Below are positions 8,003 through 17,946 of a stretch of DNA of 32,000 bases, piece by piece. Below the pieces are notes generated by a model. That model did not search any database. It saw nothing but the letters and a program-made list of their open reading frames with translations, and was not told the origin of the DNA. The stretch lies in the NCBI GenBank assembly GCA_023480925.1, contig JAMCWY010000022.1, forward strand, positions 1-32,000, in the 5' to 3' direction. The translations under genes were made by a program, and so were the position numbers. Position 1 is the first letter of the stretch, and each line of letters opens with the position of its first letter. This DNA comes from Patescibacteria group bacterium (GTDB lineage Bacteria > Patescibacteriota > Minisyncoccia > UBA6257 > HR35).

Positions 8003-8935
8003 ATGAAAAAAGCTCTAATTGTTGGCGCCTCCGCCGCCGGCCTAAGCGCCGCCATCTATCTTAAACGTCACGCCGTTGACTTTAGTCTTATCGCCAAAGA
8101 TATTGGTGGTGAGATGATCCTGTCAGGCGAAATCGGAAATTACCCGGGCATAGCCGCAACAACTGGCTTTGAATTGACCAAACAGTTTCGAAAACAAGCC
8201 GAGCTTAACCAAATTGAGGTCGAGACTGGCATTAATGTTAATGAAATTAAATCAATTGCCAACGGTTTTCAGGTTAACGGCCAAAAAAATAATCAGCTCG
8301 TCCAGAACGAGGCAAACGCGATCTTGGTCGCGACCGGCTCAACACCGAAAAAGCTTGGCCTGCCCGGCGAAAAAGAATTCTATCAACACGGCCTGAGTTA
8401 TTGCGCCGTTTGTGACGGACCGGTTTTTAAAAATAAAAATGTCGCGATCATCGGCGGCGGCAACTCCGCCCTAGAAGCCGGTTTAATGTTAACCGAACTT
8501 TGTCCGCAAGTTTACCTGATCACAATCAATGACGCGCTCCAGGGCGACGTGATTTTAATTAGAGCCTTAATAAAAAAATCAAACGTTAAAATAATCTACC
8601 GCGGTCAGACCAAAGAATTTTTTGGCGAAAATAATTTTCTTAAAGGCCTGGCTTATCTTGACTTGAACAGCGGCCAAATCGAAAAAATTTTGGTTGACGG
8701 CGTTTTTGTCCACATCGGCCTAAACCCGAACAGCGACCTTGTCCCGGAAATATGGGGTATAAAAAATAATTTAAACGAAATTAAAATTGACCGCCTCGGC
8801 CAAACTTCTCAACCCGGCCTTTTCGCCGCCGGCGACGTGACTGATTTGCCTTATAAACAAATCGGCGTCGCGACCGGCCAGGGCGTTATCGCCGGCCTTT
8901 CTTTGATTAACTTCCTCAATAATCTTGATGCCTGA
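8003..8935 (+). CDS. trxB: Thioredoxin-disulfide reductase
   Basis: The 310-aa ORF has an FAD GxGxxG motif (VGASAAGLSAA) and the redox-active CAVC (SYCAVCDG). An NADPH site (IIGGGNSALEAG) and the C-terminal GDV motif (FAAGDVTD) are also present. Confidence 0.93.
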   Translation: MKKALIVGASAAGLSAAIYLKRHAVDFSLIAKDIGGEMILSGEIGNYPGIAATTGFELTKQFRKQAELNQIEVETGINVNEIKSIANGFQVNGQKNNQLVQNEANAILVATGSTPKKLGLPGEKEFYQHGLSYCAVCDGPVFKNKNVAIIGGGNSALEAGLMLTELCPQVYLITINDALQGDVILIRALIKKSNVKIIYRGQTKEFFGENNFLKGLAYLDLNSGQIEKILVDGVFVHIGLNPNSDLVPEIWGIKNNLNEIKIDRLGQTSQPGLFAAGDVTDLPYKQIGVATGQGVIAGLSLINFLNNLDA

Positions 8936-10349
8936 ATTTAAAAATTTGACCGTTTCTGATTTTAAAAAATTATTTTTGGGCGGGTACGATTTGAATGATT
9001 TTTATTCAACCTACCTCGATTGGTTAAAGGCCGCCGATGAAAAAATTAACGGTTTTCTTTACCTAACTGAAAAAACAGTCGCTCAGAGCATTGCCGAAAT
9101 AAAAACAAAACCAAAAACCCTGCCGCTTTGGGGCGTGCCGGTCGCGATTAAAGACGCGATCTTAGTTAAATCCGAACGCGCGACTTCGGCCTCGAAAATA
9201 TTGGAAAATTTCATCGCTCCCTACGACGCGACCGTGGTAAAAAAAATCAAGGCGGCCGGCGGCATCATCGTTGGTAAAACCAATATGGACGAATTCGCCA
9301 TGGGTTCGTCAACTGAAAATTCAGCCTTCAAAAAAACCAAAAATCCGTTCGACCCAGAGAGAATTCCCGGCGGCAGCTCGGGCGGGTCGGCCGCGGTCGT
9401 TGGCGCCGGCCTTGTCCCGCTCAGCCTAGGCTCTGATACGGGCGGTTCAATCAGACAGCCAGCTAGCTTTTGCGACGTCTACGGCCTTAAACCAACCTAT
9501 GGCGCTGTTTCTCGTTACGGCCTAATGGCAATGGCTTCATCGCTTGACCAGATCGGTCCGTTTAGCCGCCGCCTCGAAGATTTAACCGCGATCTTTGACA
9601 TAATCAGGGGCGCCGATCCAAAAGACAGCACCAGTCAAACCGGACCGGCTTCAAACCAAACCAACTTAAATAAAATTAAGAAAAAATTAAAGCTCGGTCT
9701 GCCGATTGAGTGTTTTGACGACCTTGATCCAAAGATCAAAAATCTTATTTTGGAAAAAATTAAATCAACCGGACTCGAGTGGGTTGAAATTTCTTTAAAC
9801 GAACTAGCCCAAAGCTTGGCCTGCTATTATTTAATTATGCCGGCCGAGGCCAGCGCCAACCTCGCCCGCTACGACGGCATTCGTTATGGCCTGAGCGCCG
9901 AAGCGGATGAAATTTGGTCAGTTTATAAAAAATCGCGCCGACGCGGTTTTGGTCAAGAGGTCGTTCGACGAATTATCCTCGGCACATTTATTCTCTCGCA
10001 CGGTTATTACGACGCCTATTACCTCAAAGCCCAAAAGCTCCGCCAGAAAATTTTTTCCGATTTTAAGAAAGCCTTAACTAGGGTTGATTTAATCTTGATG
10101 CCAACCTCGCCGAGTTTGCCTTTTAAATTCGAGGAAAAAACCAGCGATCCATTGGCGATGTATCTAAGCGATATTTACACTGTTTCGGCCAACCTTGCTG
10201 GCATTCCCAGCCTTAATATCCCGATTGGCCTAATTGAACCGCCCGAGCGAACAAAAAAATTGCCGGTCGGCCTTCAAGTTATCGCCGGCCTATTCGAAGA
10301 GAATAAAATATTTTCTTTTGCTAAAATCTTAGAAGATGCCAATCATTAA
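8925..10349 (+). CDS. gatA: Glutamyl/aspartyl-tRNA amidotransferase subunit A
   Basis: The 474-aa ORF carries the amidase signature GGSSGGSAAVV..GSDTGGSIRQPASF. The GatA-type N-terminus and C-terminus are present (PVGLQVIAG). No gatB or gatC lies adjacent in this window. Confidence 0.95.
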   Translation: MMPEFKNLTVSDFKKLFLGGYDLNDFYSTYLDWLKAADEKINGFLYLTEKTVAQSIAEIKTKPKTLPLWGVPVAIKDAILVKSERATSASKILENFIAPYDATVVKKIKAAGGIIVGKTNMDEFAMGSSTENSAFKKTKNPFDPERIPGGSSGGSAAVVGAGLVPLSLGSDTGGSIRQPASFCDVYGLKPTYGAVSRYGLMAMASSLDQIGPFSRRLEDLTAIFDIIRGADPKDSTSQTGPASNQTNLNKIKKKLKLGLPIECFDDLDPKIKNLILEKIKSTGLEWVEISLNELAQSLACYYLIMPAEASANLARYDGIRYGLSAEADEIWSVYKKSRRRGFGQEVVRRIILGTFILSHGYYDAYYLKAQKLRQKIFSDFKKALTRVDLILMPTSPSLPFKFEEKTSDPLAMYLSDIYTVSANLAGIPSLNIPIGLIEPPERTKKLPVGLQVIAGLFEENKIFSFAKILEDANH

Positions 10350-10983
10350 ACAACTCCTTGAGCTTTTCGGAGTCTTTAGTGGATTAATTTACGAAAACAC
10401 CAACTCGTCGATCTTCCGCTTAATCGTTTTCACCATAGCCATCGCCACGAGCTTGGCCGGATTTTACTACTGGTACGTTTTGGAAAAAAAATACGAGTGG
10501 AGTAGGTGGTTGTGGGGAAACCTTTTTCGTTTCTTTAGCCAGGCTCGAATCGACTTCAATGATTTTAAAAAAGATTGGATTAATTTAAAAAAACCTTTCT
10601 TGGTCAATCCGCTTAAATCGGTCATCGACGCAGAAAAATTTTTCGATCAAGTTTTCGATCTTTACGGCTATCTCGGCAAAAGCCTAACCGAACAAATCGG
10701 TCAAGCCTCACTCTTAACTCTGCCGCGTCGCGAACGACTCCAAAAAACCGTCGCGATTGTCGAAGCGATTAAGTTGCGAATCAAAACCGGCGGAAAAATC
10801 GACCTAAGTAAAAAAGAAATTCTAACTATTTTAGAAGAATTTGAAAATAATCTTTTCGACCTCTTAGTTATCGGCGAAACTGAACGTTGGGTCAAAAATC
10901 AAATCGCCGAGTTTAACCACTATCGCGATCACAATAACGCCACCAAACCAACCAACAACCAAGCAAGTAATTTTAAATCTTAA
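10336..10983 (+). CDS. Hypothetical membrane-anchored protein
   Basis: The 215-aa ORF overlaps the gatA end by 14 nt. It has one or two N-terminal hydrophobic helices followed by a charged helical region. No family is recognised. Confidence 0.5.
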   Translation: MPIIKQLLELFGVFSGLIYENTNSSIFRLIVFTIAIATSLAGFYYWYVLEKKYEWSRWLWGNLFRFFSQARIDFNDFKKDWINLKKPFLVNPLKSVIDAEKFFDQVFDLYGYLGKSLTEQIGQASLLTLPRRERLQKTVAIVEAIKLRIKTGGKIDLSKKEILTILEEFENNLFDLLVIGETERWVKNQIAEFNHYRDHNNATKPTNNQASNFKS

Positions 10984-11029
10984 ATTAAAAAGTTTACGTT
11001 TTAAGTTTGAAAGGCTCGTTAAAAACAAT

Positions 11030-11071
11030 AGAGGCAACGAACGAAAAAATTTCGTTGCCTCTTTATGCCCG
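11030..11071. terminator. Hairpin terminator between convergent genes
   Basis: A 12-bp perfect stem AGAGGCAACGAA / TTCGTTGCCTCT surrounds a 9-nt loop. The T-rich tail is better on the minus strand (ATTGTTTTT), which serves htrA. It may also stop the + strand gene 10336-10983. Confidence 0.6.
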
Positions 11072-11179
11072 TGCAAAGGAGGAAGCGCGAACTATTTTTA
11101 GTTTAGTGCTATTTTCGCCAAAGTCAAGATTTTAAAAACGCCAAAAGACCAATGACATTCTTATCGCAATTACGGTTAA

Positions 11180-12490
11180 TTATAACGTGGTCGGGTAGGC
11201 TTGGAGTTGAACGGGGATAGAAATAATTTGATCGCCTCTTAAAATTTTCAAAACAACTATTTGACCAATTTGATCATGGCTAATAATTTGCGTTGGCGTG
11301 GTTTGTTGATTGATCGCCCGGCCGTCAATAGTTAAAATAATATCGCCTGGTTTAAGACCGGCTTTGGCCGCGGGCGAGTTTGGCAAAATCGCCGGCTGAT
11401 TCGGGTCGGCGCTATAGATATAAGCACCCTGGTCAACGGCCAAATTAAACTTATTCTTAGCCTGGTTGTTAATGAGCAAATAACGAATACCCAGATATGG
11501 CACCTCGATCCGGCCAGTCGCTTCAACTTGGCTCAAAACCTGTTTAAACCGGTTAATCGGCAAAGCGAAACCGATGCTTTGGGCGCCGGAAACAATTGCT
11601 GTGTTAACGCCGATAACTTGACCGCGGAGACTGATCAGCGGACCGCCGGAATTGCCAAAATTTATCGCCGCGTCTGTTTGAATCAGATCTTCTAAATTTT
11701 CCACATTGCCAAAATTATCCGAAGCAACGAGATTTCTTTTAAGACCGGAAACGACGCCGACGCTTACTGTGTTTCTAAACTCGCCCAAGGCGTTGCCGAT
11801 CGCCACGACCGTTTGGCCGAGAACAATCTTGTCAGAATCGCCCAGAGTTAAATAAGGTAAATCGTCCGCCTGAATTTTAATAATGGCAATGTCGTCAAAA
11901 GGATAAATGGCCGCGACCGTAGCTTGAAATTTCCTGCCGTCGTTCAAATAAACCGTATAGGTGGCCTTAGGATCGTCGACAACGTGTTTGTTGGTGATAA
12001 TATAACCGTCGGGCGAAACGATAAAACCCGAACCGCCGCCGACCTGTTCTGTCGTCGTCCCCTCTTGAACCGGAGCTTGAAATTGGAAAAAATTGCCAAA
12101 ACCGTTTTGTTGCAAAAATTGATTCAAGCCATTATTATTAAGGGGACTAATGTTTTCCTGATTTGTGATTGGGACGGTTTTACTGATAGCGATACTTACA
12201 ACCGCGGGCGAGGCTTGATTAATAACGTTGATAACGTCACGCTCGTAGCTGTCAACCGGCTGGTATTGGTCCGATTGGGCTTGATTTTGAAAGACGCTCT
12301 CGAGGCCGCGGCTTGATTGGTTCGGCTGATTTGATTGATTTAACTGATTTTGATTTTTGGTCTGGATCAAATTTCTAAGCAAATCTATAAATCGACTAAT
12401 CGAACTAGTCTGGGCCTGAACCAGTCCAAGTGAAGCGAACAAAAAAACCATAGTGGTAACAATAAAAATCGTCAATCTTTTTTTGCTCAT
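11180..12490 (-). CDS. htrA: HtrA/DegP-family serine protease with C-terminal PDZ domain
   Basis: The 436-aa ORF has an N-terminal signal/anchor. The catalytic triad contexts are TNKHVV, DDIAIIKI and GNSGGPL. A PDZ-like tail (GLKPGDIILTIDG) follows. An N/Q-rich low-complexity linker follows the anchor. Confidence 0.92.
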   Translation of the reverse strand: MSKKRLTIFIVTTMVFLFASLGLVQAQTSSISRFIDLLRNLIQTKNQNQLNQSNQPNQSSRGLESVFQNQAQSDQYQPVDSYERDVINVINQASPAVVSIAISKTVPITNQENISPLNNNGLNQFLQQNGFGNFFQFQAPVQEGTTTEQVGGGSGFIVSPDGYIITNKHVVDDPKATYTVYLNDGRKFQATVAAIYPFDDIAIIKIQADDLPYLTLGDSDKIVLGQTVVAIGNALGEFRNTVSVGVVSGLKRNLVASDNFGNVENLEDLIQTDAAINFGNSGGPLISLRGQVIGVNTAIVSGAQSIGFALPINRFKQVLSQVEATGRIEVPYLGIRYLLINNQAKNKFNLAVDQGAYIYSADPNQPAILPNSPAAKAGLKPGDIILTIDGRAINQQTTPTQIISHDQIGQIVVLKILRGDQIISIPVQLQAYPTTL

Positions 12491-12600
12491 TGTTTTTATT
12501 TTTTAAAATGGAATAATTTTTAAACCCCTAATTATTTTATTAAATTTTTTTTCTAAATCAAGGCCACTAACTAATTTTTCACGCCCGCTTTATTAAACCC

Positions 12601-12843
12601 TTAGGGGCTTGTCGGGGTTTTGACAAAACTTATGACAATCGCGGGGATGGCATTGGCTAAAAACAAAAGGGCTAAACCGGTCAGAACGATCATTAGGGCC
12701 TTACTTAAACCGCTCCAATTTCTGGCTTTGACTGAATAAGTCAGATTAATGCCCAACCAAACCAAAATAACAACCGCGCCGGCCAGACTAATAAGAAAAA
12801 TAAAATTTTTAATCCTGATTAAAATATCAATCGCGTTAGCCAT
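12601..12843 (-). CDS. Small two-helix membrane protein, possibly VirB2/T4SS-pilin-like
   Basis: The 80-aa ORF has two hydrophobic helices (FIFLISLAGAVVILVWLGINL and ALMIVLTGLALLFLANAIPAIVISF) separated by a short polar loop. This architecture resembles the pilin-like module of ORF 23320-24342. The functional call is weak. Confidence 0.4.
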   Translation of the reverse strand: MANAIDILIRIKNFIFLISLAGAVVILVWLGINLTYSVKARNWSGLSKALMIVLTGLALLFLANAIPAIVISFVKTPTSP

Positions 12844-12887
12844 AACTGTCTGACAGTATTTTGTTTATTCTTATATATTTTAACAAA

Positions 12888-14081
12888 TTAACGCTGATTA
12901 TTAAACTTGGCCGCTCTGTTTAAAAAAACTTCAATTAACCCAACGGTTCGATCAATTTCTTTTTTTGTTGTCGACCGGCCAAATGAAAACCGGAGACTGC
13001 GTCTAGCTCGTTCCGACGAGTTGAATTGGCTATAAACCGTCGGGCTTGGAATTGGCGCGCGAGCCTTACAGGCCATACCCGCTGAAACAAAAACGTTGTT
13101 TTGGTCCAAAAAAATCATCAGGTCGCGAGCCTCGGCTCTAGGCAGATAAATATTCAAAATCTTGGCCGAGGAGTTAACTAACTGATGATTTAGTTCAAAA
13201 TCAATCTTGGTTGAATTTAAACGTTCGATTAAATAACTTCTGATCCGATCGAGCTTAGGTCTCGTCTGGTCCAGCTCGTTCTGGCTCAATTCTAAAGCTG
13301 TAGCCAAACCGACAACCGCGGCCACATTCTCGGTTCCGGCTCGACGGCCAAACTCCTGGTCCGAACCGGACAGCAACCGAACTAGTTTAATTTTTTGGTT
13401 TAAGACTAAGGCGCCTGCGCCTTTAAGTCCGCCGATCTTGTGGCCAGACAAAGTCAAACCGTCAAGCCCAAGCGCCCCAATCGAGATCCTTTCCGTCGTG
13501 GCGGCCTGGCTAACATCGCTGTGAAAAATAATTTTAACTTCGCTGCTTTGATTGATTGTTCCAATCCCTTCGGCGATTTTTTTAATTTCTTGAATCACGC
13601 CCGTCTCGCTATTAACCAGATGAATCGAAATCAAAATTGTGTTTGGCCTAATCACTCGTTCGATCCCCGACCACGAAATTAAACCAGACCGATCCGGCTT
13701 AATTAAAGAAAGATGAATCTGGCCGAGTCGTTCCAACTCCTTCATTGTTTCGACGACCGATGGATGGTCGATCTCGCTTGAAATTAAGTGCGGTATTTTC
13801 TTAAATCGGCCAAGGTAATCAAAAACCAAACCTTTGATGATTAAGTTGTTCGCCTCGGTCGCCGAACTGACAAAAATAATCTCGTTTAAAGACCGCGCCT
13901 CGACAACTGTCTGAATCTTGACCCGAGCCTGGTCCAACGCCGCCAACGCCTCTTGGCCAAGCCGATGAAGACTTGAAGGATTACCAAAAGATCGGCCAAA
14001 AAACTTCGCCGTTGCCGATTTAACCTCGAGCCGAACCGGCGCGGTCGAAGCGTAATCAAGATAAATAAAATCGCCTGACAT
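12888..14081 (-). CDS. Cysteine desulfurase, class V aminotransferase (NifS/IscS-like)
   Basis: The 397-aa ORF starts with YLDYASTAP. The PLP lysine context is LSGHKIGGLKGAGALV. A C-terminal active-site Cys loop is present (SAGMACKA). Confidence 0.9.
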   Translation of the reverse strand: MSGDFIYLDYASTAPVRLEVKSATAKFFGRSFGNPSSLHRLGQEALAALDQARVKIQTVVEARSLNEIIFVSSATEANNLIIKGLVFDYLGRFKKIPHLISSEIDHPSVVETMKELERLGQIHLSLIKPDRSGLISWSGIERVIRPNTILISIHLVNSETGVIQEIKKIAEGIGTINQSSEVKIIFHSDVSQAATTERISIGALGLDGLTLSGHKIGGLKGAGALVLNQKIKLVRLLSGSDQEFGRRAGTENVAAVVGLATALELSQNELDQTRPKLDRIRSYLIERLNSTKIDFELNHQLVNSSAKILNIYLPRAEARDLMIFLDQNNVFVSAGMACKARAPIPSPTVYSQFNSSERARRSLRFSFGRSTTKKEIDRTVGLIEVFLNRAAKFNNQR

Positions 14082-14111
14082 TTTTAAGATCTTAAACCGC
14101 CACCGGTGAAA

Positions 14112-15785
14112 TTAATTTGAAACGATCGGGCCTGTTACTCGTTCAACCTCGTCAATTGTCGTCACACCTAAAAGTATCTTAATAATCGCGTCCTGTTGAA
14201 GCGAAACAAATCCTTCTTTTTTAATCTGAGCCAATAAATCCGCCTCGGTCATCTCGCCGTATATAATTTTTTCAACCGCCGGCGTGATTTTAATAAATTC
14301 AAAAACGCCGATTCGACCCTTATAGCCGGTTTTAAGACAGTAATCGCAGCCAACCGCTTTGACGAGTTTGATTTTTTCTAAATCAAGAGAGCTTTTCACG
14401 ACCGGGCCCAGATCGGCTAGACTTAATTTGATCCGCTCGACTATTTTTTGATCCGGCCGATATTCTTGCCGGCACCTGGGACAGACTTTTCGGACTAAGC
14501 GCTGGGCGACGATCAGCCTTAGGCTCGGCGGAATCAGAGTTTTGTCAACGCCAAGTTCGATTAAGCGCGGCATCGCTCCGAGCGAGTTGTTGGTATGAAG
14601 AGTGGAAAGAACAAGGTGGCCGGTCAAGGCCGCCTGGATTGCCGTTTCGGCCGTATCATGATCACGAACCTCGCCAACTAAAATCACGTCCGGATCTTGA
14701 CGCAAGGCGGAACGCAAACCATTGGCAAAGGTGTAACCTTCGCGAACATTAACCTGCGTTTGAGAAATGCCTTCGAGTTGGTATTCAACCGGGTCTTCAA
14801 TCGTAACGATTTTTATCTCCGGCCTTTTCAACATATTTAAAATTGAATAAAGCGTTGTTGTCTTACCTGAGCCGGTTGGACCAGTATTTAAAATCAACCC
14901 ATTGGGCAACTTAATCGTGGTCTTAACCAACTCCAAATCATCCGGACGAAAACCAAGTTCGTTTAAGTTTAAAAGGACGGATTTAACGTTTAAGATTCTC
15001 ATCACGATCGTTTCGGCGTGAATTCCCGGCACGACCGAAACCCTAACATCAAGCAAGTCGTCTTTTAAATTTATGGCGAAGCGACCATCTTGGGCTCGAT
15101 CCGACACATCTAAAAACATCCCGGCCGCCAGTTTAATCCGGTTTTTAATCAATCTGTAAACTTTAAGAGGAATTTCGGCAACCTGGTATAAAATTCCGTC
15201 AATTCGAAACTTGAGATTAACTCGATCCTCTTCTGGTTCAAAATGAATGTCTGACGCGCCAAAAATAAAAGCGCCGGCCAGGACGTAATCAAGGATATCG
15301 AACGGATTCGACTCAGTACTTGTTTCAATCTTAGATTTAATCTCGGCGATCGTTTTCACGCCCTCAATCGCGGCCAAAAGCTTCTCTGGGCTAATCTCTA
15401 GTGTTTCCAAGTATTTGACGCTTTTGCTTTGGCTAAAGTGATAAACCGGCCAAACCGACTCAAGACTATTAAGCGAAATAATTCCAACCTCGAGCCGGTA
15501 CCCGGCCTGTTTTAATTTTTCCAAATAATTTTTTACTTTCAAATCGTCGGGGTTGTAGACGCCCACAATAAGAACGCCGGCTTCTTTTTTGATCGGCGCG
15601 ATTTTTAGTTCTCTGGAATCGGCTTCGGGGATTAAACGTAAAATATCGGGAGCCGGCTTTCGTAATTCCAAATCAAAATATTTTAAACCAAGACTCTGGG
15701 CCAGGGCCTGAGCCAGTTCTTCCGCTTCGGTTTTCTTTAGTTTGATAAAATAATCATTAAGATTTAGTTGATCTTGGTCGGCCAT
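14112..15785 (-). CDS. pilB: Second GspE/PilB-family secretion ATPase (orphan paralog)
   Basis: The 557-aa ORF has a GspE N-domain, Walker A GPTGSGKTTTLYS, VGEVRD, LTGHLVLSTLHTN and a tetracysteine motif (CPRC ... GCDYCLKTGYKGRIG). No PilC/GspF partner is adjacent. Confidence 0.9.
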   Translation of the reverse strand: MADQDQLNLNDYFIKLKKTEAEELAQALAQSLGLKYFDLELRKPAPDILRLIPEADSRELKIAPIKKEAGVLIVGVYNPDDLKVKNYLEKLKQAGYRLEVGIISLNSLESVWPVYHFSQSKSVKYLETLEISPEKLLAAIEGVKTIAEIKSKIETSTESNPFDILDYVLAGAFIFGASDIHFEPEEDRVNLKFRIDGILYQVAEIPLKVYRLIKNRIKLAAGMFLDVSDRAQDGRFAINLKDDLLDVRVSVVPGIHAETIVMRILNVKSVLLNLNELGFRPDDLELVKTTIKLPNGLILNTGPTGSGKTTTLYSILNMLKRPEIKIVTIEDPVEYQLEGISQTQVNVREGYTFANGLRSALRQDPDVILVGEVRDHDTAETAIQAALTGHLVLSTLHTNNSLGAMPRLIELGVDKTLIPPSLRLIVAQRLVRKVCPRCRQEYRPDQKIVERIKLSLADLGPVVKSSLDLEKIKLVKAVGCDYCLKTGYKGRIGVFEFIKITPAVEKIIYGEMTEADLLAQIKKEGFVSLQQDAIIKILLGVTTIDEVERVTGPIVSN

Positions 15786-15843
15786 CCTTTAAATTTGATT
15801 AATTTAATTGTCTCGTTTAAATATAACCAGTTATAATTATTTT

Positions 15844-17946
15844 ATGGCAAGAATAAAAAAAATAAAAAAAATTCGAATCGCCAACCTAACTAAAAATATT
15901 CTTTTTTTAATCGGCATTCTTTCTTTTAGCCTCGTTTCTTTTTTTATCCTCTACGTTTCTCTCTCGTCTTTGAACCTACCGCCGATCGATCTAGTTGGCC
16001 AAAAACTCGCTGGCGGCGGCACTCGGATTTACGATCGAACCGGGAATGTTTTGCTTTATGACATTGGCAGCCGTCGTTACTGGGTCAACTATAATCAGAT
16101 TCCGAAAAACGTCGTCATCTCGATTCTGGCGGCGGAAGATAGCGGTTTTTTTTACAACCCCGGCATCAGTCTCAAAGGCATAGTCCGGTCCGCCTGGCTT
16201 GACCTAAAAACGATGAGTTTTCAATATGGCGGCTCGACCATCACCCAACAACTCGTCCGCAATCTTTTTCTAACCGACCAAAAAACACTGGTTCGAAAAA
16301 TCGAGGAAATTATTTTGGCGCTTGAATTTGAAAAAAAGTACACCAAAGAAGAAATTTTAACGATGTACTTAAACGCGATAAGTTTCGGCGAAGACAATTA
16401 CGGTGTCAAGGCGGCGGCTGATTTTTATTTCGGCAAGGATCTTAAAGATCTCAGTCTAGGCGAAGCAGCGACTCTGGCCGCCATCCCAAACGCGCCCTCG
16501 TATTATGATCCGGACATCCCCGGTAATTACAACCGATTAATCGAACGCCGCAACTTTATTCTTAAACATCTTCTCGATCTTGGTTGGATTAACCAGACCC
16601 AATACCAAACGGCCGTAAGTGAAAAGATTAAAACTATCCCGCGGCGATACGTTCGAATGGCCGCGCCTCATTTCGTTTTAGAGGTCAAAAGTATTTTGGA
16701 AAAAATGTTTCCGGGCGTCGATCTTAGCACCGCCGGCCTAAAAGTCATCACCACGCTCGACTACAACGACCAAAAAATAGCCGAGGCGGCGGTCCAAGCC
16801 GGCGTAATTAATAACGAAAAACTTTATAAGGGCGACAATGCCAGCCTCTTAATGATGGACAATCGCACCGGTGAAATCTTGGCCATGGTTGGTTCAGTCG
16901 ATTTTAATAACAACGCCATTGACGGACAGGTTAATATGACTATTTGGCCGCGCCAACCCGGTTCGGCTTTTAAGCCCATTTCTTATGTCACTCTCTTCCA
17001 ACTTGGTTATCCAATCGACACAATTGTTTTCGATTTGCCGACAAATTTCGGCACGGCCCAAGATCCTTATCAACCGAAAAATTTTGACCACCGCTATCTC
17101 GGTCCCGTCAGTCTCCCAATCGCCCTTGACCAATCTCGAAACGTTCCGTCGGTAAAAGTTTTTTACTTGGCCGGACCGGATCGTGTCATTGAAAACGCGA
17201 GAAAATTTGGCTTAACCACGATTAAAAATTACAGCCACTATGGTCTTTCTCTCGGTCTTGGCACCGCACCGGTCAGAATGATTGATATGATTCGCGTCTA
17301 CGGCGTTTTTGCCGACGATGGCAATTTAGTCAGTCAAACCTTAATTAAAAAAATCACTAACGCCCAAAACGACGTCATCTACCAATACAAACCAAACCTG
17401 ACCCGAGTCATCGACAGCCAACCCGTCAGAATGCTGAATAAAATTCTTAGCGACATTAAAGATAAAGCCGGACTCTTTCAAAGTAGCCTTAATTTGGTTC
17501 AAATCCCAGGTTACCAAATTGCCCTCAAAACCGGCACGACCGATAATTATCGCGACGCTTGGACATTTGGTTACACGCCCGACTTCACTGTCGCGGTTTG
17601 GGCCGGCAACACCAATGGTCAACCAATGGAACCGGGCGGCATCAGCATCTTGGCCGCCCTGCCGATTTGGCACGACTTCGTCTCGCAAGTAATCAAAAAT
17701 TTTCCCGCCAACACCTTTCCCCAACCCCTACCCATTGAAACAACCAAACCAATGCTTGACGGCAGCTGGTTGACGCCATCCGGCATCCATAATATTCTTT
17801 ATTACGTTAATCCAAACGATCCCCTTGGGCCGGCGCCAACCAACCCCGCCGACAATCCTCAGTACCTCAACTGGGAAGAGCCAGTCCAAAACTGGGCTAG
17901 GTCTCTAATTGAGAAAAAATCTGGCTTTCCGGGAAATAATTTTTAA
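15844..17946 (+). CDS. Class A penicillin-binding protein (bifunctional glycosyltransferase/transpeptidase, PBP1A-like)
   Basis: GT51 motifs are present (EDSGFFYNPG, GGSTITQQL, RKIEE). Transpeptidase motifs are SAFKP (SxxK) and KTGTT, and there is an N-terminal TM anchor. The ORF track starts at TTG 15808. I prefer ATG 15844 (MARIKKIKK..), which leaves a 58-nt divergent spacer. Confidence 0.92.
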   Translation: MARIKKIKKIRIANLTKNILFLIGILSFSLVSFFILYVSLSSLNLPPIDLVGQKLAGGGTRIYDRTGNVLLYDIGSRRYWVNYNQIPKNVVISILAAEDSGFFYNPGISLKGIVRSAWLDLKTMSFQYGGSTITQQLVRNLFLTDQKTLVRKIEEIILALEFEKKYTKEEILTMYLNAISFGEDNYGVKAAADFYFGKDLKDLSLGEAATLAAIPNAPSYYDPDIPGNYNRLIERRNFILKHLLDLGWINQTQYQTAVSEKIKTIPRRYVRMAAPHFVLEVKSILEKMFPGVDLSTAGLKVITTLDYNDQKIAEAAVQAGVINNEKLYKGDNASLLMMDNRTGEILAMVGSVDFNNNAIDGQVNMTIWPRQPGSAFKPISYVTLFQLGYPIDTIVFDLPTNFGTAQDPYQPKNFDHRYLGPVSLPIALDQSRNVPSVKVFYLAGPDRVIENARKFGLTTIKNYSHYGLSLGLGTAPVRMIDMIRVYGVFADDGNLVSQTLIKKITNAQNDVIYQYKPNLTRVIDSQPVRMLNKILSDIKDKAGLFQSSLNLVQIPGYQIALKTGTTDNYRDAWTFGYTPDFTVAVWAGNTNGQPMEPGGISILAALPIWHDFVSQVIKNFPANTFPQPLPIETTKPMLDGSWLTPSGIHNILYYVNPNDPLGPAPTNPADNPQYLNWEEPVQNWARSLIEKKSGFPGNNF

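Noticed and set aside
7728-8935. Glutaredoxin-like gene next to trxB as a novel redox module
   Set aside because: Pairing of a small CxxC redoxin with thioredoxin reductase is a common, well-understood arrangement, so it is ordinary.
11900-12360. N/Q-rich stretch in HtrA (..KNQNQLNQSNQPNQSS..) and similar runs in T4SS-locus proteins as possible DNA tandem repeats
   Set aside because: At the nucleotide level these are imperfect low-complexity codon runs, not unit-length tandem repeats. Such linkers are common in AT-rich small genomes.
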